A stretch of DNA of 62,833 nucleotides, filler included. It is 4 parts of 4 records of this genome, joined end to end, with 100 filler letters (N's around TTAATTAATTAA, not from the genome) between each part and the next. Parts side by side here need not be neighbours in the genome. Positions count along the whole stretch, not along the records: positions 30,369 to 56,644 come from DRR723986_3140; 3 more parts are not named here. One strand, 5' to 3'. Below are positions 40,900-50,017 of this stretch, piece by piece (within the stretch, counting starts at the first letter, position 1; each line of letters begins with the position of its first letter). A program made the translations under genes and the position numbers. The notes below the pieces were generated by a model, which was not told where the DNA came from, did no database searches, and was given only the letters and a program-made list of their open reading frames with translations.

Positions 40900-41478
40900 A
40901 TGACCACCCGGTCAAGCGACACCAAGAAGCCATCGGATCACCTGTTCGGAGATCCGGAAGACCTGCTAATCGACCGTGCGGAGCGCGCGCGCAGGCAATG
41001 GCAAAGGGAAATACCCGAGATCGCGGAGCAGTTGTCGCCAATGGTTCTGCTTGGTCGATTGAACGAAGCATCTCAGGTGATGGGTCGCGACTATCTTGCC
41101 CCTGCCTACGCGGATATCGGACTGAAGACGGGTGAATTCGATGTTCTGGCGACCCTCGTGCGGTCCGGACCACCCTACAAGCTGACACCGACGGAATTGT
41201 ACCGGACCACGATGATGAGCTCGGGCGGCATGACGGCCCGGGTCGATAAACTGGAGAAAGCAGGTCTGGTTGAACGCTGCCCGCATCCGGATGACAGGCG
41301 GGCACTCACCGTTTGCCTGACCCCAAAGGGACTGGACCTGATAAAGGGACAAATGCCCGACTACATTGCAAAACAGCAGCAGGCGGTGAGCGGGTTAAGC
41401 GAAAAAGAACAACAGCAATTGTCAGACCTTCTGGAAAAGCTCATTCGCTCCGTCAACGATCCTCTTGGAAAGACCTGA
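40900..41478 (+). CDS. MarR family regulator, PecS/UrtR-like
   Basis: QWQRE, EFDVLATLVRSG, LTPTEL, SSGGMTARVDKLE..GLVER, DRR..V.LT..G. Confidence 0.9.
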   Translation: MTTRSSDTKKPSDHLFGDPEDLLIDRAERARRQWQREIPEIAEQLSPMVLLGRLNEASQVMGRDYLAPAYADIGLKTGEFDVLATLVRSGPPYKLTPTELYRTTMMSSGGMTARVDKLEKAGLVERCPHPDDRRALTVCLTPKGLDLIKGQMPDYIAKQQQAVSGLSEKEQQQLSDLLEKLIRSVNDPLGKT

Positions 41479-41628
41479 CTGGCGCATACGCTAGCCAGGC
41501 ACCTCTGGTCTGGAAACCACAAGCCACCCCGGGCTTGTGACTTACCGTCACTGTGATGGAAACCCGGATTGTTTTCCTGTCCCAGATGACCAATTCTTGT
41601 CCGTAACAACACACCGGGACAACACATC

Positions 41629-42393
41629 ATGCTCAAATGGGTTACGCGCATTCTCGCCATCATGCTTTTCGTCCTGCCGGCACAGGCACAGGAAGAGCTG
41701 CAGATCCGGGATATTGAAAAAGGTACCGGCGAAGAAGCAAACGTCGGTGAAACGGTGGTGGTGCACTACACCGGCTGGCTGATGGACGGAACGAAGTTCG
41801 ACTCCAGTGTCGACCGAGGCACGCCATTTTCGTTCACGCTGGGAGAGCGGCGCGTTATTCCCGGTTGGGAAAAAGGCGTCGAGGGCATGCAGGTCGGCGG
41901 CAAGCGCGAGCTGATCATTCCGCCGGACATGGCTTATGGGTCGCAAGGCGCAGGCGGGATCATTCCGCCGGATGCAACATTGAAATTCGAAATCGAACTG
42001 CTTGAGGTCAAGGCGAAGAAATTCTCCGATATCGACAACGGCACCCTGAAGGCAAAGCTCGCCTCAGGCACCACGGTCATTGATATCCGGCGTCCTGACG
42101 AATGGAAGCAAACCGGCGTCATTCCGGGCAGCCATCTGGTTACGTTCTTCAATGACAGTGGCCAGGTGAACCCTGCCTTCGGCAGCGAACTTCAGAAGTT
42201 GATTTCCGGCCCCTCGGACGAAGTGGTGTTTATCTGCCAGACGGGGCAACGAAGCCAGGCTCTGTCAGAATATCTCGCCGGACAGGCCGGCTTCACAAAC
42301 GTGGTCAACGTCGAAAAGGGAATTGCACACTGGATCGAAGATGGCGGCGAAGTCACTCAGGCAGCCTTGCCGGAGAATTGCTGGCTCTGCTGA
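41629..42393 (+). CDS. Exported FKBP-type PPIase fused to a rhodanese domain
   Basis: Signal peptide; VHYTGWL.DGTKFDSS.DRG, VIPGWEKG, IPPDATLKFEIELL; then IDIRRPDEW..G.IPGS, ICQTGQRS, GIAHW. Confidence 0.92.
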   Translation: MLKWVTRILAIMLFVLPAQAQEELQIRDIEKGTGEEANVGETVVVHYTGWLMDGTKFDSSVDRGTPFSFTLGERRVIPGWEKGVEGMQVGGKRELIIPPDMAYGSQGAGGIIPPDATLKFEIELLEVKAKKFSDIDNGTLKAKLASGTTVIDIRRPDEWKQTGVIPGSHLVTFFNDSGQVNPAFGSELQKLISGPSDEVVFICQTGQRSQALSEYLAGQAGFTNVVNVEKGIAHWIEDGGEVTQAALPENCWLC

Positions 42394-42460
42394 GTTCGAA
42401 TCGTCCGCCTTATTCCGGTTGATCTGCAAGAGCTCGTCAGACAAGGCCGCCACCGCTGGT

Positions 42461-43861
42461 TCAGTGATCCAGTGGCGGCATACGGTTCCAGGCATCGAGC
42501 GCGGCGATCTTGTAGGCCTCGGCCAGTGTCGGGTAATTGAAGGTGTTTTCGACGAAATACTCCAGCGTACCACGCAGATTGAGCACGGCCTGACCGATGT
42601 GAACCAGTTCGGTCGCGCCCTCGCCCACAATATGACATCCAAGAAGCCGGCGGGTCTTGAGCGAGAAGATCATCTTCAGCATGCCGGTATCGAGACCCAT
42701 GATGTGGCCGCGTGACGTTTCGCGGAAACGGGCAACGCCGCACTCGTAAGGAATGCCGCGTTCCTTGATCTCCTCCTCGGTCATGCCGACGGTCGAAATT
42801 TCCGGAACCGCATAGATGCCATAGGGAAAATACTCGGGCGGATCGTAGGCCTTTTCTCCCAAGGCCTGACAGGCCGCAATGCGCCCCTGCTCCATGGAGG
42901 TGGAGGCAAGGCTCGGAAAACCGATGACATCTCCAGCCGCATAGATATGCGGCACGACGGTCTGAAAAGTCATCGGATCGACCTTCAGACGACCACGGTG
43001 GTCCACTTCCAGGCCGCAGCTTTGCAGGTTCAGGTTCGGGGTCGCGCCCATGCGCCCTGCCGCAAACAGGATGACGTTGGACCGGACACTACGGCCGCCT
43101 TCCAGCGTGATTTCACATTCTGCGGGACCGTGTTTTTCGATCTTCTGGACCTTTGCCCCGAAGCGCAGCGCAATTCCGCGGTCTCGGAGCTGATGCGTGA
43201 AATCGGCAACGAGCTCCTTGTCCAGGAAGTCGAGCATCGTTTCGCGCGGCTCGATCAGTGTCACGTGTACATCGAGCGCAGAAAATATCGAGGAATATTC
43301 GACACCGATAACACCTGCGCCGATGACAGCGACCGACCGGGGCAATTCGCCAAGCTCGAGGATCTCGTCGCTATCGAGAACATACTCGCCATCAAAGGGA
43401 ACATAGTCGGGGCGGAAGGGCTTGGTGCCGACGGCGATGATGAACTTGTCCGAGGTGATGAAATGAACTTCCCCGGCATCGCCCTCCACTTCGATCTTGT
43501 GCGGCTCGATGAACCTTGCCTCGCCCCGGATCGTATCGACCTTGTTTCGGGCAAACTGGTGCTCCAGAACCTCGACCTCGTGATTGAGGGTGATGTGCAA
43601 CCGCGCGCGAAGGTCCGCAGCCGTCAGGTCTTCCTTCACCCGGTAGGAGCGACCGTAGAAGCCTCGTTCGCGCCATCCGGTCAGGTTGAGCACGGTCTCA
43701 CGCAAAGTCTTGGAAGGAATGGTCCCGGTGTGCACCGAAACGCCGCCGACCCGCCGTCCGCGTTCCACTACCAGAACATTATAGCCGAATTTTGCCGCCT
43801 GAATCGCCGCCCGGCGCCCGGCCGGTCCGCTGCCGATCACAACCAGATCGTAGTGTTCCAT
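42461..43861 (-). CDS. sthA: Soluble (Si-specific) pyridine nucleotide transhydrogenase
   Basis: GSGPAG, HTGTIPSKTLRE, GAGVIGVEY, GFPSLASTSMEQGR, FNYPTLAEAYKIAA. Confidence 0.95.
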   Translation of the reverse strand: MEHYDLVVIGSGPAGRRAAIQAAKFGYNVLVVERGRRVGGVSVHTGTIPSKTLRETVLNLTGWRERGFYGRSYRVKEDLTAADLRARLHITLNHEVEVLEHQFARNKVDTIRGEARFIEPHKIEVEGDAGEVHFITSDKFIIAVGTKPFRPDYVPFDGEYVLDSDEILELGELPRSVAVIGAGVIGVEYSSIFSALDVHVTLIEPRETMLDFLDKELVADFTHQLRDRGIALRFGAKVQKIEKHGPAECEITLEGGRSVRSNVILFAAGRMGATPNLNLQSCGLEVDHRGRLKVDPMTFQTVVPHIYAAGDVIGFPSLASTSMEQGRIAACQALGEKAYDPPEYFPYGIYAVPEISTVGMTEEEIKERGIPYECGVARFRETSRGHIMGLDTGMLKMIFSLKTRRLLGCHIVGEGATELVHIGQAVLNLRGTLEYFVENTFNYPTLAEAYKIAALDAWNRMPPLDH

Positions 43862-44238
43862 GTGCCCCTCACTGCCAGTTTTCTGTCAGCCACTCGGCCT
43901 CCGTTCGTGCGGAGGCACCTTGTTGAAAATCGCTGCACTGCAAAAACAGCATCTTGGCGGAAGGGTCAAGAAGGCAAGCGGAAAATGAAGGTTTTCCGTG
44001 AGCTTTGGTGGAGAAGCCGGTCCTGACCAGAACTTGTATCCAGGTTGCAAGACAAACACGGTCGGTCGTCTATATACTCGCCATCGATGAGATTCTCGGT
44101 CTCTGCCGAGCCATTCCCCTCACATTTCATGCGACCTTTCAGGAAGCTGAAGTTCGAGAGCGAAACGTAAATATGAAGGACCTTCACGACAGCCAGGCGT
44201 GAACGGGTTTCCCAATACTGAAAGGGTCGACCACCGAA

Positions 44239-45126
44239 ATGGGATCATCGCCTTCCCAGACGGCGTGCCGGGCAATGGCATTGCTTGAATGTATTACAGT
44301 CAGGCTGCCGCATGCGTTGATTCTATTCAGTGCGATGCTGCTGTCGCCGATCGATAACGCGAAGGCGGAACAATCCGGCCAATGCCCGATGCATGAAGAG
44401 ATCGTTCTTGCAGCGGAAGATGCCTTTTTTCCCTATTCAGGCCTTCATGAGGGAGAGCTACGCGGATTTGCAGTGGATCTAGTAACCGCCGCCTTGAGCG
44501 CAAAACACTGCGACGTCACGCTTCACGTCATGCCGTACAACAGGTGCATACGCGAGGTCGCGCAGGGCAGACAGCTTGGCTGCTTCGACACCACCGGCTC
44601 GGATGAAAACAAGCGTAATTTCATTTTTCACCAGACACCGCTCTTTTTCGGAAAGATCCTGGTTTACAGCCATCCGGACAACACGGCGAAATTTCATCCC
44701 GATTTCCTGAAAGACAAGACCTTCTCCGTGGTCAGAGGTTACACCTACACCGACGCCTTCGATGCCGATGAGACGATCTCGAAGGTAGAGGTGGATTCCG
44801 ATCTGCAGACACTTGCGCTGGTAGCGAAGAGGCGAACCGACTACGCCGTCGCTTACGAAAAGGTTGCCGACTTTCACATCAGCAACAGTCAGGATCTCAT
44901 TTCCCCAGCCCCCAAGGCTGTCCACGAACTCGCAAGGTTCGGTCTTTTCGTGTCATTTTCTAAATTGACGCCCGAGCGCTCAAGCGCGGTAGCAGCCCTT
45001 CTCGATGAGGGACTGCACGTCATACAGGAGAATGGGACGTATGATAATATCGATGCAGCCTGGAACGAATGGCTGAAGCACGGTCTGAAGGATGGGCGCC
45101 CCGCGCCGCACTGGAAAAGCCGGTAA
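44239..45126 (+). CDS. Periplasmic substrate-binding protein (family 3-like), orphan
   Basis: EDAFFPYS, GFAVDLV..A, MPYNRC, VVRGYTY, LDEGL..I.ENGTY..I; true start may be slightly downstream. Confidence 0.82.
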   Translation: MGSSPSQTACRAMALLECITVRLPHALILFSAMLLSPIDNAKAEQSGQCPMHEEIVLAAEDAFFPYSGLHEGELRGFAVDLVTAALSAKHCDVTLHVMPYNRCIREVAQGRQLGCFDTTGSDENKRNFIFHQTPLFFGKILVYSHPDNTAKFHPDFLKDKTFSVVRGYTYTDAFDADETISKVEVDSDLQTLALVAKRRTDYAVAYEKVADFHISNSQDLISPAPKAVHELARFGLFVSFSKLTPERSSAVAALLDEGLHVIQENGTYDNIDAAWNEWLKHGLKDGRPAPHWKSR

Positions 45127-45184
45127 AACGTCAGGTAGTCTTTTTTCATTGCCATCCAGAAGCGTATAATCTATCCCTCTTGCC

Positions 45185-45232
45185 ATGAACATGAACCTGA
45201 AAGCAGCTTGGTGGTGGCGTCGCGCGAAATAG
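45185..45232 (+). CDS. trpL: Tryptophan attenuator leader peptide (MNMNLKAAWWWRRAK)
   Basis: 15-codon ORF with TGG TGG TGG directly upstream of trpE(G); not in the ORF track. Confidence 0.92.
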   Translation: MNMNLKAAWWWRRAK

Positions 45233-45273
45233 GCGGCCAGCGATCAGTCATGCTCTGAAGGGATCGAGTATCA

Positions 45274-45317
45274 AACCAAAGGCCGCCGCGGGACACCGCT
45301 GGCGGCCTTGGTTCTTT
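45274..45317 (+). terminator. trp attenuator terminator hairpin
   Basis: AACCAAAGGCCGCC...GGCGGCCTTGGTT followed by CTTT; an alternative pairing partner GGCGGCC lies at the trpL stop (about 45232-45238). Confidence 0.85.
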
Positions 45318-45360
45318 ATAAGGCCGTCACAAAGGCAGCCACCAGAACGGGACCAGAGAC

Positions 45361-47547
45361 ATGCCGGTGCTGGCAGACCAGACCTATGAAACCGATTGCG
45401 GGATCACCATCCTGCGCACATCGCGCCCTTCCGACTACGAAACCGGAACGTCGGAATGGATCGACCGGCTGGATGCCGAAATGGGGGCAGTCCTTTCCTC
45501 CTCCTATGAATATCCCGGACGATATACTCGCTGGGACATGGCGCTGGTGAACCCGCCCCTGGTGATGGAAGCAACGGACAGAAACGTCGAGATCCGTGCG
45601 TTGAACGACCGCGGCGGCCTGCTGCTGCCGGCAATTGCCGAAGTGCTGAAAAAACATGACGATGTGGACACGTTCAATGCCGACACCGGCAAGATCCAGC
45701 TAACGGTCAAGCGGCCCGACCGGTTGTTCAACGAGGAAGAACGCTCACGCCAGCCGTCTACCTTTTCGATCATCCGTGCCCTGAAGGACATGTTCGCCTG
45801 TGGCGATGACCAGCTCGGGCTCTACGGCGCCTTCGGCTATGACGTTGCCTTTCAGTTCGAACCCATCGAACAGAAGCTCGACCGACCGGACGACCAGCGC
45901 GACGTCGTCCTGTTTCTGCCGGATGAGATCCTGATCGTCGATCACCACGGCAAACGCGCCTACGTGCTGGAATATGACTTTGTTGTCGGTGGTCGTACCA
46001 CCAAGGGCATGGAGCGAACGGGAGCCAAGCAGCAGTATACGCCGGCGAACCGCGACCCTGGCCGCGGTGATCATGAACCCGGCGAATATGCAAAGCTTGT
46101 CGAGAAGGCCAAGGACTACTTCCGCAGGGGCGATCTGTTCGAAACTGTGCCCGGCCAGACCTTCTACGAGCCCTGCGCCAATCCACCTTCCGCCGTTTCG
46201 CGGCGCCTCGCCCAGATCAACCCTTCCCCCTATTCATTCTTCTTCAATCTCGGCAACCAGGAATATCTCGTCGGCGCTTCGCCGGAAATGTACGTGCGGG
46301 TCACCGGTGGTCGCCGGGTGGAAACCTGCCCGATTTCCGGAACGATCCGGCGCGGCAAGAACGCCATTGAAGACGAAGCCCAAATCCGCAAGCTGCTGAA
46401 CTCAGCCAAGGACGAAGCGGAACTGACCATGTGTTCCGATGTCGACCGCAACGACAAGAGCCGCGTCTGCGTTCCCGGCTCCGTTCGGGTGATCGGGCGG
46501 CGGCAGATCGAGATGTACTCCCGCCTGATCCATACGGTGGACCACATAGAAGGCATCCTGCGTGAGGACATGGATGCGCTCGATGCTTTCCTCTCCCACA
46601 CCTGGGCGGTGACCGTGACAGGCGCCCCCAAACGCTGGGCCATGCAGTTTATCGAAGACCACGAAAAGTCCCCACGCGCCTGGTATGGCGGCGCGATTGG
46701 TGCCGTTCTCTTCAATGGAGACATGAACACCGGCCTGACGTTGCGCACCGTGCGCATCAAGGACGGCACAGCCCAGATCCGTGCCGGCGCAACTCTGCTG
46801 TACGACAGTGTTCCGGAAGACGAGGAAGCCGAAACCGAACTGAAGGCGGAAGCCATGCGGGCAGCCGTTCGCGAGGCCGGACTTGCCGTCAATGCGCAGG
46901 AAAAGCGCGAGGACCGGAAACCCGGCAAAGGTATGAAGATCCTGCTGGTCGATCACGAAGACAGTTTCGTGCACACGCTTGCCAACTATTTCCGCCAGAC
47001 CGGCGCAGATGTCGTTACCTACCGAACCCCGGTGGCAGACCACGTTTTTCACGACGTCAATCCGGATCTGGTGGTCCTGTCTCCCGGCCCAGGCAATCCC
47101 AAGGACTTCGACTGTGCCGCCACCATCGGCCGGGCTCGCGCGCGCGCCTTACCCATCTTCGGTGTCTGCCTCGGGCTGCAGGCGCTTTCCGAATACTTCG
47201 GGGCGGAACTGGGCCAGCTTGACGTACCTATGCACGGCAAGCCTTCGCCGATTTCCGTTTCCGGAAACTCGTTGCTGTTTGAAGGCCTCAACGCCCCTGT
47301 GGTCGTCGGCCGCTACCACTCGCTTTACGCCAAACGGGAAACGGTGCCGGCAGATATCCGCGTGACTGCGGAAACCGACGACGGGATCGTGATGGCGATC
47401 GAACACGAGAAAGAAGCGATCGCGGCGGTGCAATTCCATCCGGAGTCGATCATGTCTCTGGATCAGGATGCCGGCCACAAGATTATTGAAAACGTGGTTA
47501 CACGCCTTGTTGCGTCAAAAGACCAACAGGTGGCTGCAGCTTCCTGA
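45361..47547 (+). CDS. trpE: Anthranilate synthase, fused TrpE-TrpG
   Basis: [34 protein letters not shown]; GATase [26 protein letters not shown]. Confidence 0.96.
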   Translation: MPVLADQTYETDCGITILRTSRPSDYETGTSEWIDRLDAEMGAVLSSSYEYPGRYTRWDMALVNPPLVMEATDRNVEIRALNDRGGLLLPAIAEVLKKHDDVDTFNADTGKIQLTVKRPDRLFNEEERSRQPSTFSIIRALKDMFACGDDQLGLYGAFGYDVAFQFEPIEQKLDRPDDQRDVVLFLPDEILIVDHHGKRAYVLEYDFVVGGRTTKGMERTGAKQQYTPANRDPGRGDHEPGEYAKLVEKAKDYFRRGDLFETVPGQTFYEPCANPPSAVSRRLAQINPSPYSFFFNLGNQEYLVGASPEMYVRVTGGRRVETCPISGTIRRGKNAIEDEAQIRKLLNSAKDEAELTMCSDVDRNDKSRVCVPGSVRVIGRRQIEMYSRLIHTVDHIEGILREDMDALDAFLSHTWAVTVTGAPKRWAMQFIEDHEKSPRAWYGGAIGAVLFNGDMNTGLTLRTVRIKDGTAQIRAGATLLYDSVPEDEEAETELKAEAMRAAVREAGLAVNAQEKREDRKPGKGMKILLVDHEDSFVHTLANYFRQTGADVVTYRTPVADHVFHDVNPDLVVLSPGPGNPKDFDCAATIGRARARALPIFGVCLGLQALSEYFGAELGQLDVPMHGKPSPISVSGNSLLFEGLNAPVVVGRYHSLYAKRETVPADIRVTAETDDGIVMAIEHEKEAIAAVQFHPESIMSLDQDAGHKIIENVVTRLVASKDQQVAAAS

Positions 47548-47597
47548 TTTGCGAGCAGCAGGGCAATGTCAGCCCTCTCCAAACGTTGAAATCCCGG

Positions 47598-47629
47598 ACG
47601 GCGCCGTTGATGGCGCCGTTTCACTTTTT
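47598..47629 (+). terminator. Probable Rho-independent terminator
   Basis: ACGGCGCC-GTTGAT-GGCGCCGT followed by TTCACTTTTT after trpE(G). Confidence 0.55.
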
Positions 47630-47743
47630 CCATTCAACGTCTTGTTTCTCAATACCGTTTACCCACGCGCGCGAAAAGTGCCTGCCCATTTCGTTCCTGA
47701 AACTTGATGTTCCTCATCTGAAAATTTCGTGACTGAAAAATCA

Positions 47744-47769
47744 GGAACGATACCGGGTGTCATTGCATT
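47744..47769 (+). promoter_or_regulatory. Putative EcfG (general stress ECF sigma) promoter
   Basis: GGAAC-N16-GCATT about 85 nt upstream of the small secreted protein gene. Confidence 0.6.
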
Positions 47770-47853
47770 TTCTCCCCGACCGCCTCAACGGCGCGGACCT
47801 CAAGTCAGGTTTCAGTCAGTTGCAGGTGCCTCACGAAGCAAAGGAGAAAACCA

Positions 47854-48192
47854 ATGCTTACCCTTAAGAAGACAATCGTTCCGCTCATGAGCGCATTCAT
47901 CGCCTCCACGGCAATGGTCAGCTTCGCACAGGCGGAAGACCCTTGCGGCAGCGACGGAAGCGGTGACAAGCCAATCGTTGCATGTCCTGAAGCAAACGCA
48001 GCAGCTGCGGCTGACGCACCGGTTGATGCCCCCAAGGCAATGGTGGGCGATCTTGACGGCGACGAACCGTTGACCGCCGAACAGCAGGTTGAAGGCCGTG
48101 TTGAAAACCACGCTTCAACCAAAATGGACCTGGACGGCAACCAGGCAACCAACCAGCCGCTCATGGACAAGACCGACGGCAACGATTCCTGA
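47854..48192 (+). CDS. Small secreted acidic hypothetical protein
   Basis: AAGGAG RBS, signal peptide ending AQA, own terminator. Confidence 0.8.
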   Translation: MLTLKKTIVPLMSAFIASTAMVSFAQAEDPCGSDGSGDKPIVACPEANAAAAADAPVDAPKAMVGDLDGDEPLTAEQQVEGRVENHASTKMDLDGNQATNQPLMDKTDGNDS

Positions 48193-48210
48193 TTGAGCCG
48201 TCGAAAAACA

Positions 48211-48239
48211 GTCGCGCCGAACCGGCGCGGCTTTTTTTT
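48211..48239 (+). terminator. Rho-independent terminator
   Basis: GTCGCGCCG-AAC-CGGCGCGGC followed by T8. Confidence 0.85.
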
Positions 48240-48330
48240 CTTTCAACTCCCGGCACCCTCGTGATTTTTGTCACGATTTTTCCCGCAACCTGAGGTAAAG
48301 CTGACGCAGTTTTTTTGAAGGAGATTTTCC

Positions 48331-48855
48331 TTGCATATTCTGCTTGCAGCTCTTGGCATTTTAACCGCTGGCGCTTTTTGGATCTATCGAGTTCGCAGGG
48401 TCGCCGACAACACCAGGGTGGTGCTTGATGCTGCTCAAGACATCAAGGCAGCCGCGCGGCGTTTCGGGTTCAGGACACGAGCAAACCAGCACCCGGCAGA
48501 AGGTGTCGATGACCCTCGTGTTTCGGCTGCTGCTCTCCTGGTCCTCGTCGCCGAAACCGATGGTGGCATTTCCAGAGCCGAACAGGATATGATCCTGGAA
48601 CAGCTTCAGTCGGTGTTTGCAATGCCTGCCGGTGAAGTGGAGGAACTGTTCCAGTTTGCCAAATGGCTCGCCAATCAGAGCAGCAATCCGGACGACATGA
48701 TCCGGCGCCTCATCAAACGTACGGTAAATCTTGGCGGTCGCGACACTCTGCCAGATTTGATCCGCATGGTCAGTGCGGTGGGAAAGGCCGACACCGGAAC
48801 CCTTACAGACGACACCCAACAAGTGATCGAGCGTCTCAAACAACTGAATGCCTGA
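48331..48855 (+). CDS. TerB-like (tellurite resistance family) membrane-anchored protein
   Basis: AAGGAG RBS with TTG start; N-terminal TM; DDPRVSAAALLVLVAETDGGISRAEQ, VGKAD. Confidence 0.78.
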   Translation: MHILLAALGILTAGAFWIYRVRRVADNTRVVLDAAQDIKAAARRFGFRTRANQHPAEGVDDPRVSAAALLVLVAETDGGISRAEQDMILEQLQSVFAMPAGEVEELFQFAKWLANQSSNPDDMIRRLIKRTVNLGGRDTLPDLIRMVSAVGKADTGTLTDDTQQVIERLKQLNA

Positions 48856-49069
48856 GATCTAATTTTACGTTACGTAACTTTAGTATCGAAAGATAATTTC
48901 TGCATCTTCGTTTCGCATGTTTCAGCATGATTTGAAGACTGCTTTGCCAAAAGAAAGTTGATTAACAGATTACAACAGAGTTCTATAGATATACGCAGTC
49001 TGGTTTATTCAGCCTTCACTGTTGAAAAGTATAAATACCAAATCCTGTCAAAACAGGTTTCAGGGAGAC

Positions 49070-50008
49070 ATGATGGCCGTAAGCGTACCAGAGGCAAGGA
49101 CACGCAGGGTTCGGTCGTGGGGTGACGCATGCCGCTGCCTCGTGGCGGCAGCCATTCTGATGTTTCCCTTTTATGGTCAACCTTCCGCTGCCGAAGACGG
49201 CGCGTCGTTGAAGAACCACATCCTCGGTCTTGGAACCTGCCCTCCCTGGAACCCGCAATCGGTCGAAATCTGCCGTTACAGTGTGGACAAGGTGATGTCC
49301 TCACTGGCCCCAAGGCTCGACGCCGGGCCAGACCGGCAACACTTGCTTGTCAACGAGGGCGCCAGTGCTGCCGCTCTCAAACTCAAGGCAACCGAACTTG
49401 CCAACAAGCTCGGACCTGAAGACCGGCTGGTGATCTATGCCAACTTGCCACTTGGTGTTGTCGAGCAAACCGGCACCGCTGACCAAACCAACTATGCGCT
49501 GGAGCTCTGGGCCAGTGCCAAGCCCGAGACAACGCTTCAGGCGATCAGCGACGGAACCTGGATGTCTGCTTCCGCGTTTGCGGCACTGATCCACGCCATT
49601 CCTGCTGGTGAAGTCATTTTGATACTCGACACCAACAATCCTCAAGCGTTCGACCTTGGCCTTCTTGAACATCATGCGGTCGATAACAAGAACAGGCCGG
49701 AAGCGTTGGTCATTTCCTCTGGTCCAGGCCAGTCAGCCAATTATTCCGCAGACCGCACGATTTCGCTGTTCGGAAAGCATCTGGCTGTCGCATTGCACGC
49801 TGGCGAAGGCACGCTGCAAGACATCGTGACGACGGCTGTCAACGGCACCCGGCAGGCGGCCATTCCCATCTGCGCGGAACTCAAGGAAAAGCGCGGCGAG
49901 ACAACCGAACCGCAGCCCGACTGCACCCAGGTGCCGGAAATACACGATCCGGATGCCCTGCTGAACAGGACCGTGCTTCTGCCACTGTCGGAATCCAACG
50001 TGAACTGA
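49070..50008 (+). CDS. Putative exported caspase/metacaspase (C14)-fold protein lacking the catalytic dyad
   Basis: GGGAG RBS; LLVNEGASAAAL...LGPEDRLVIYANLP, WMSASAF..LI..IP...VILILDTN, VISSGPGQSA...SLFGKHL..AL, QVPEI. Confidence 0.65.
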   Translation: MMAVSVPEARTRRVRSWGDACRCLVAAAILMFPFYGQPSAAEDGASLKNHILGLGTCPPWNPQSVEICRYSVDKVMSSLAPRLDAGPDRQHLLVNEGASAAALKLKATELANKLGPEDRLVIYANLPLGVVEQTGTADQTNYALELWASAKPETTLQAISDGTWMSASAFAALIHAIPAGEVILILDTNNPQAFDLGLLEHHAVDNKNRPEALVISSGPGQSANYSADRTISLFGKHLAVALHAGEGTLQDIVTTAVNGTRQAAIPICAELKEKRGETTEPQPDCTQVPEIHDPDALLNRTVLLPLSESNVN

Positions 50009-50017
50009 AGCAGGCGT

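Noticed and set aside
48856-49069. AT-rich intergenic region with palindrome GTTACGTAAC as a horizontal-transfer boundary or operator
   Set aside because: No integrase, tRNA, IS or direct repeats nearby; a single 10-bp palindrome is insufficient evidence
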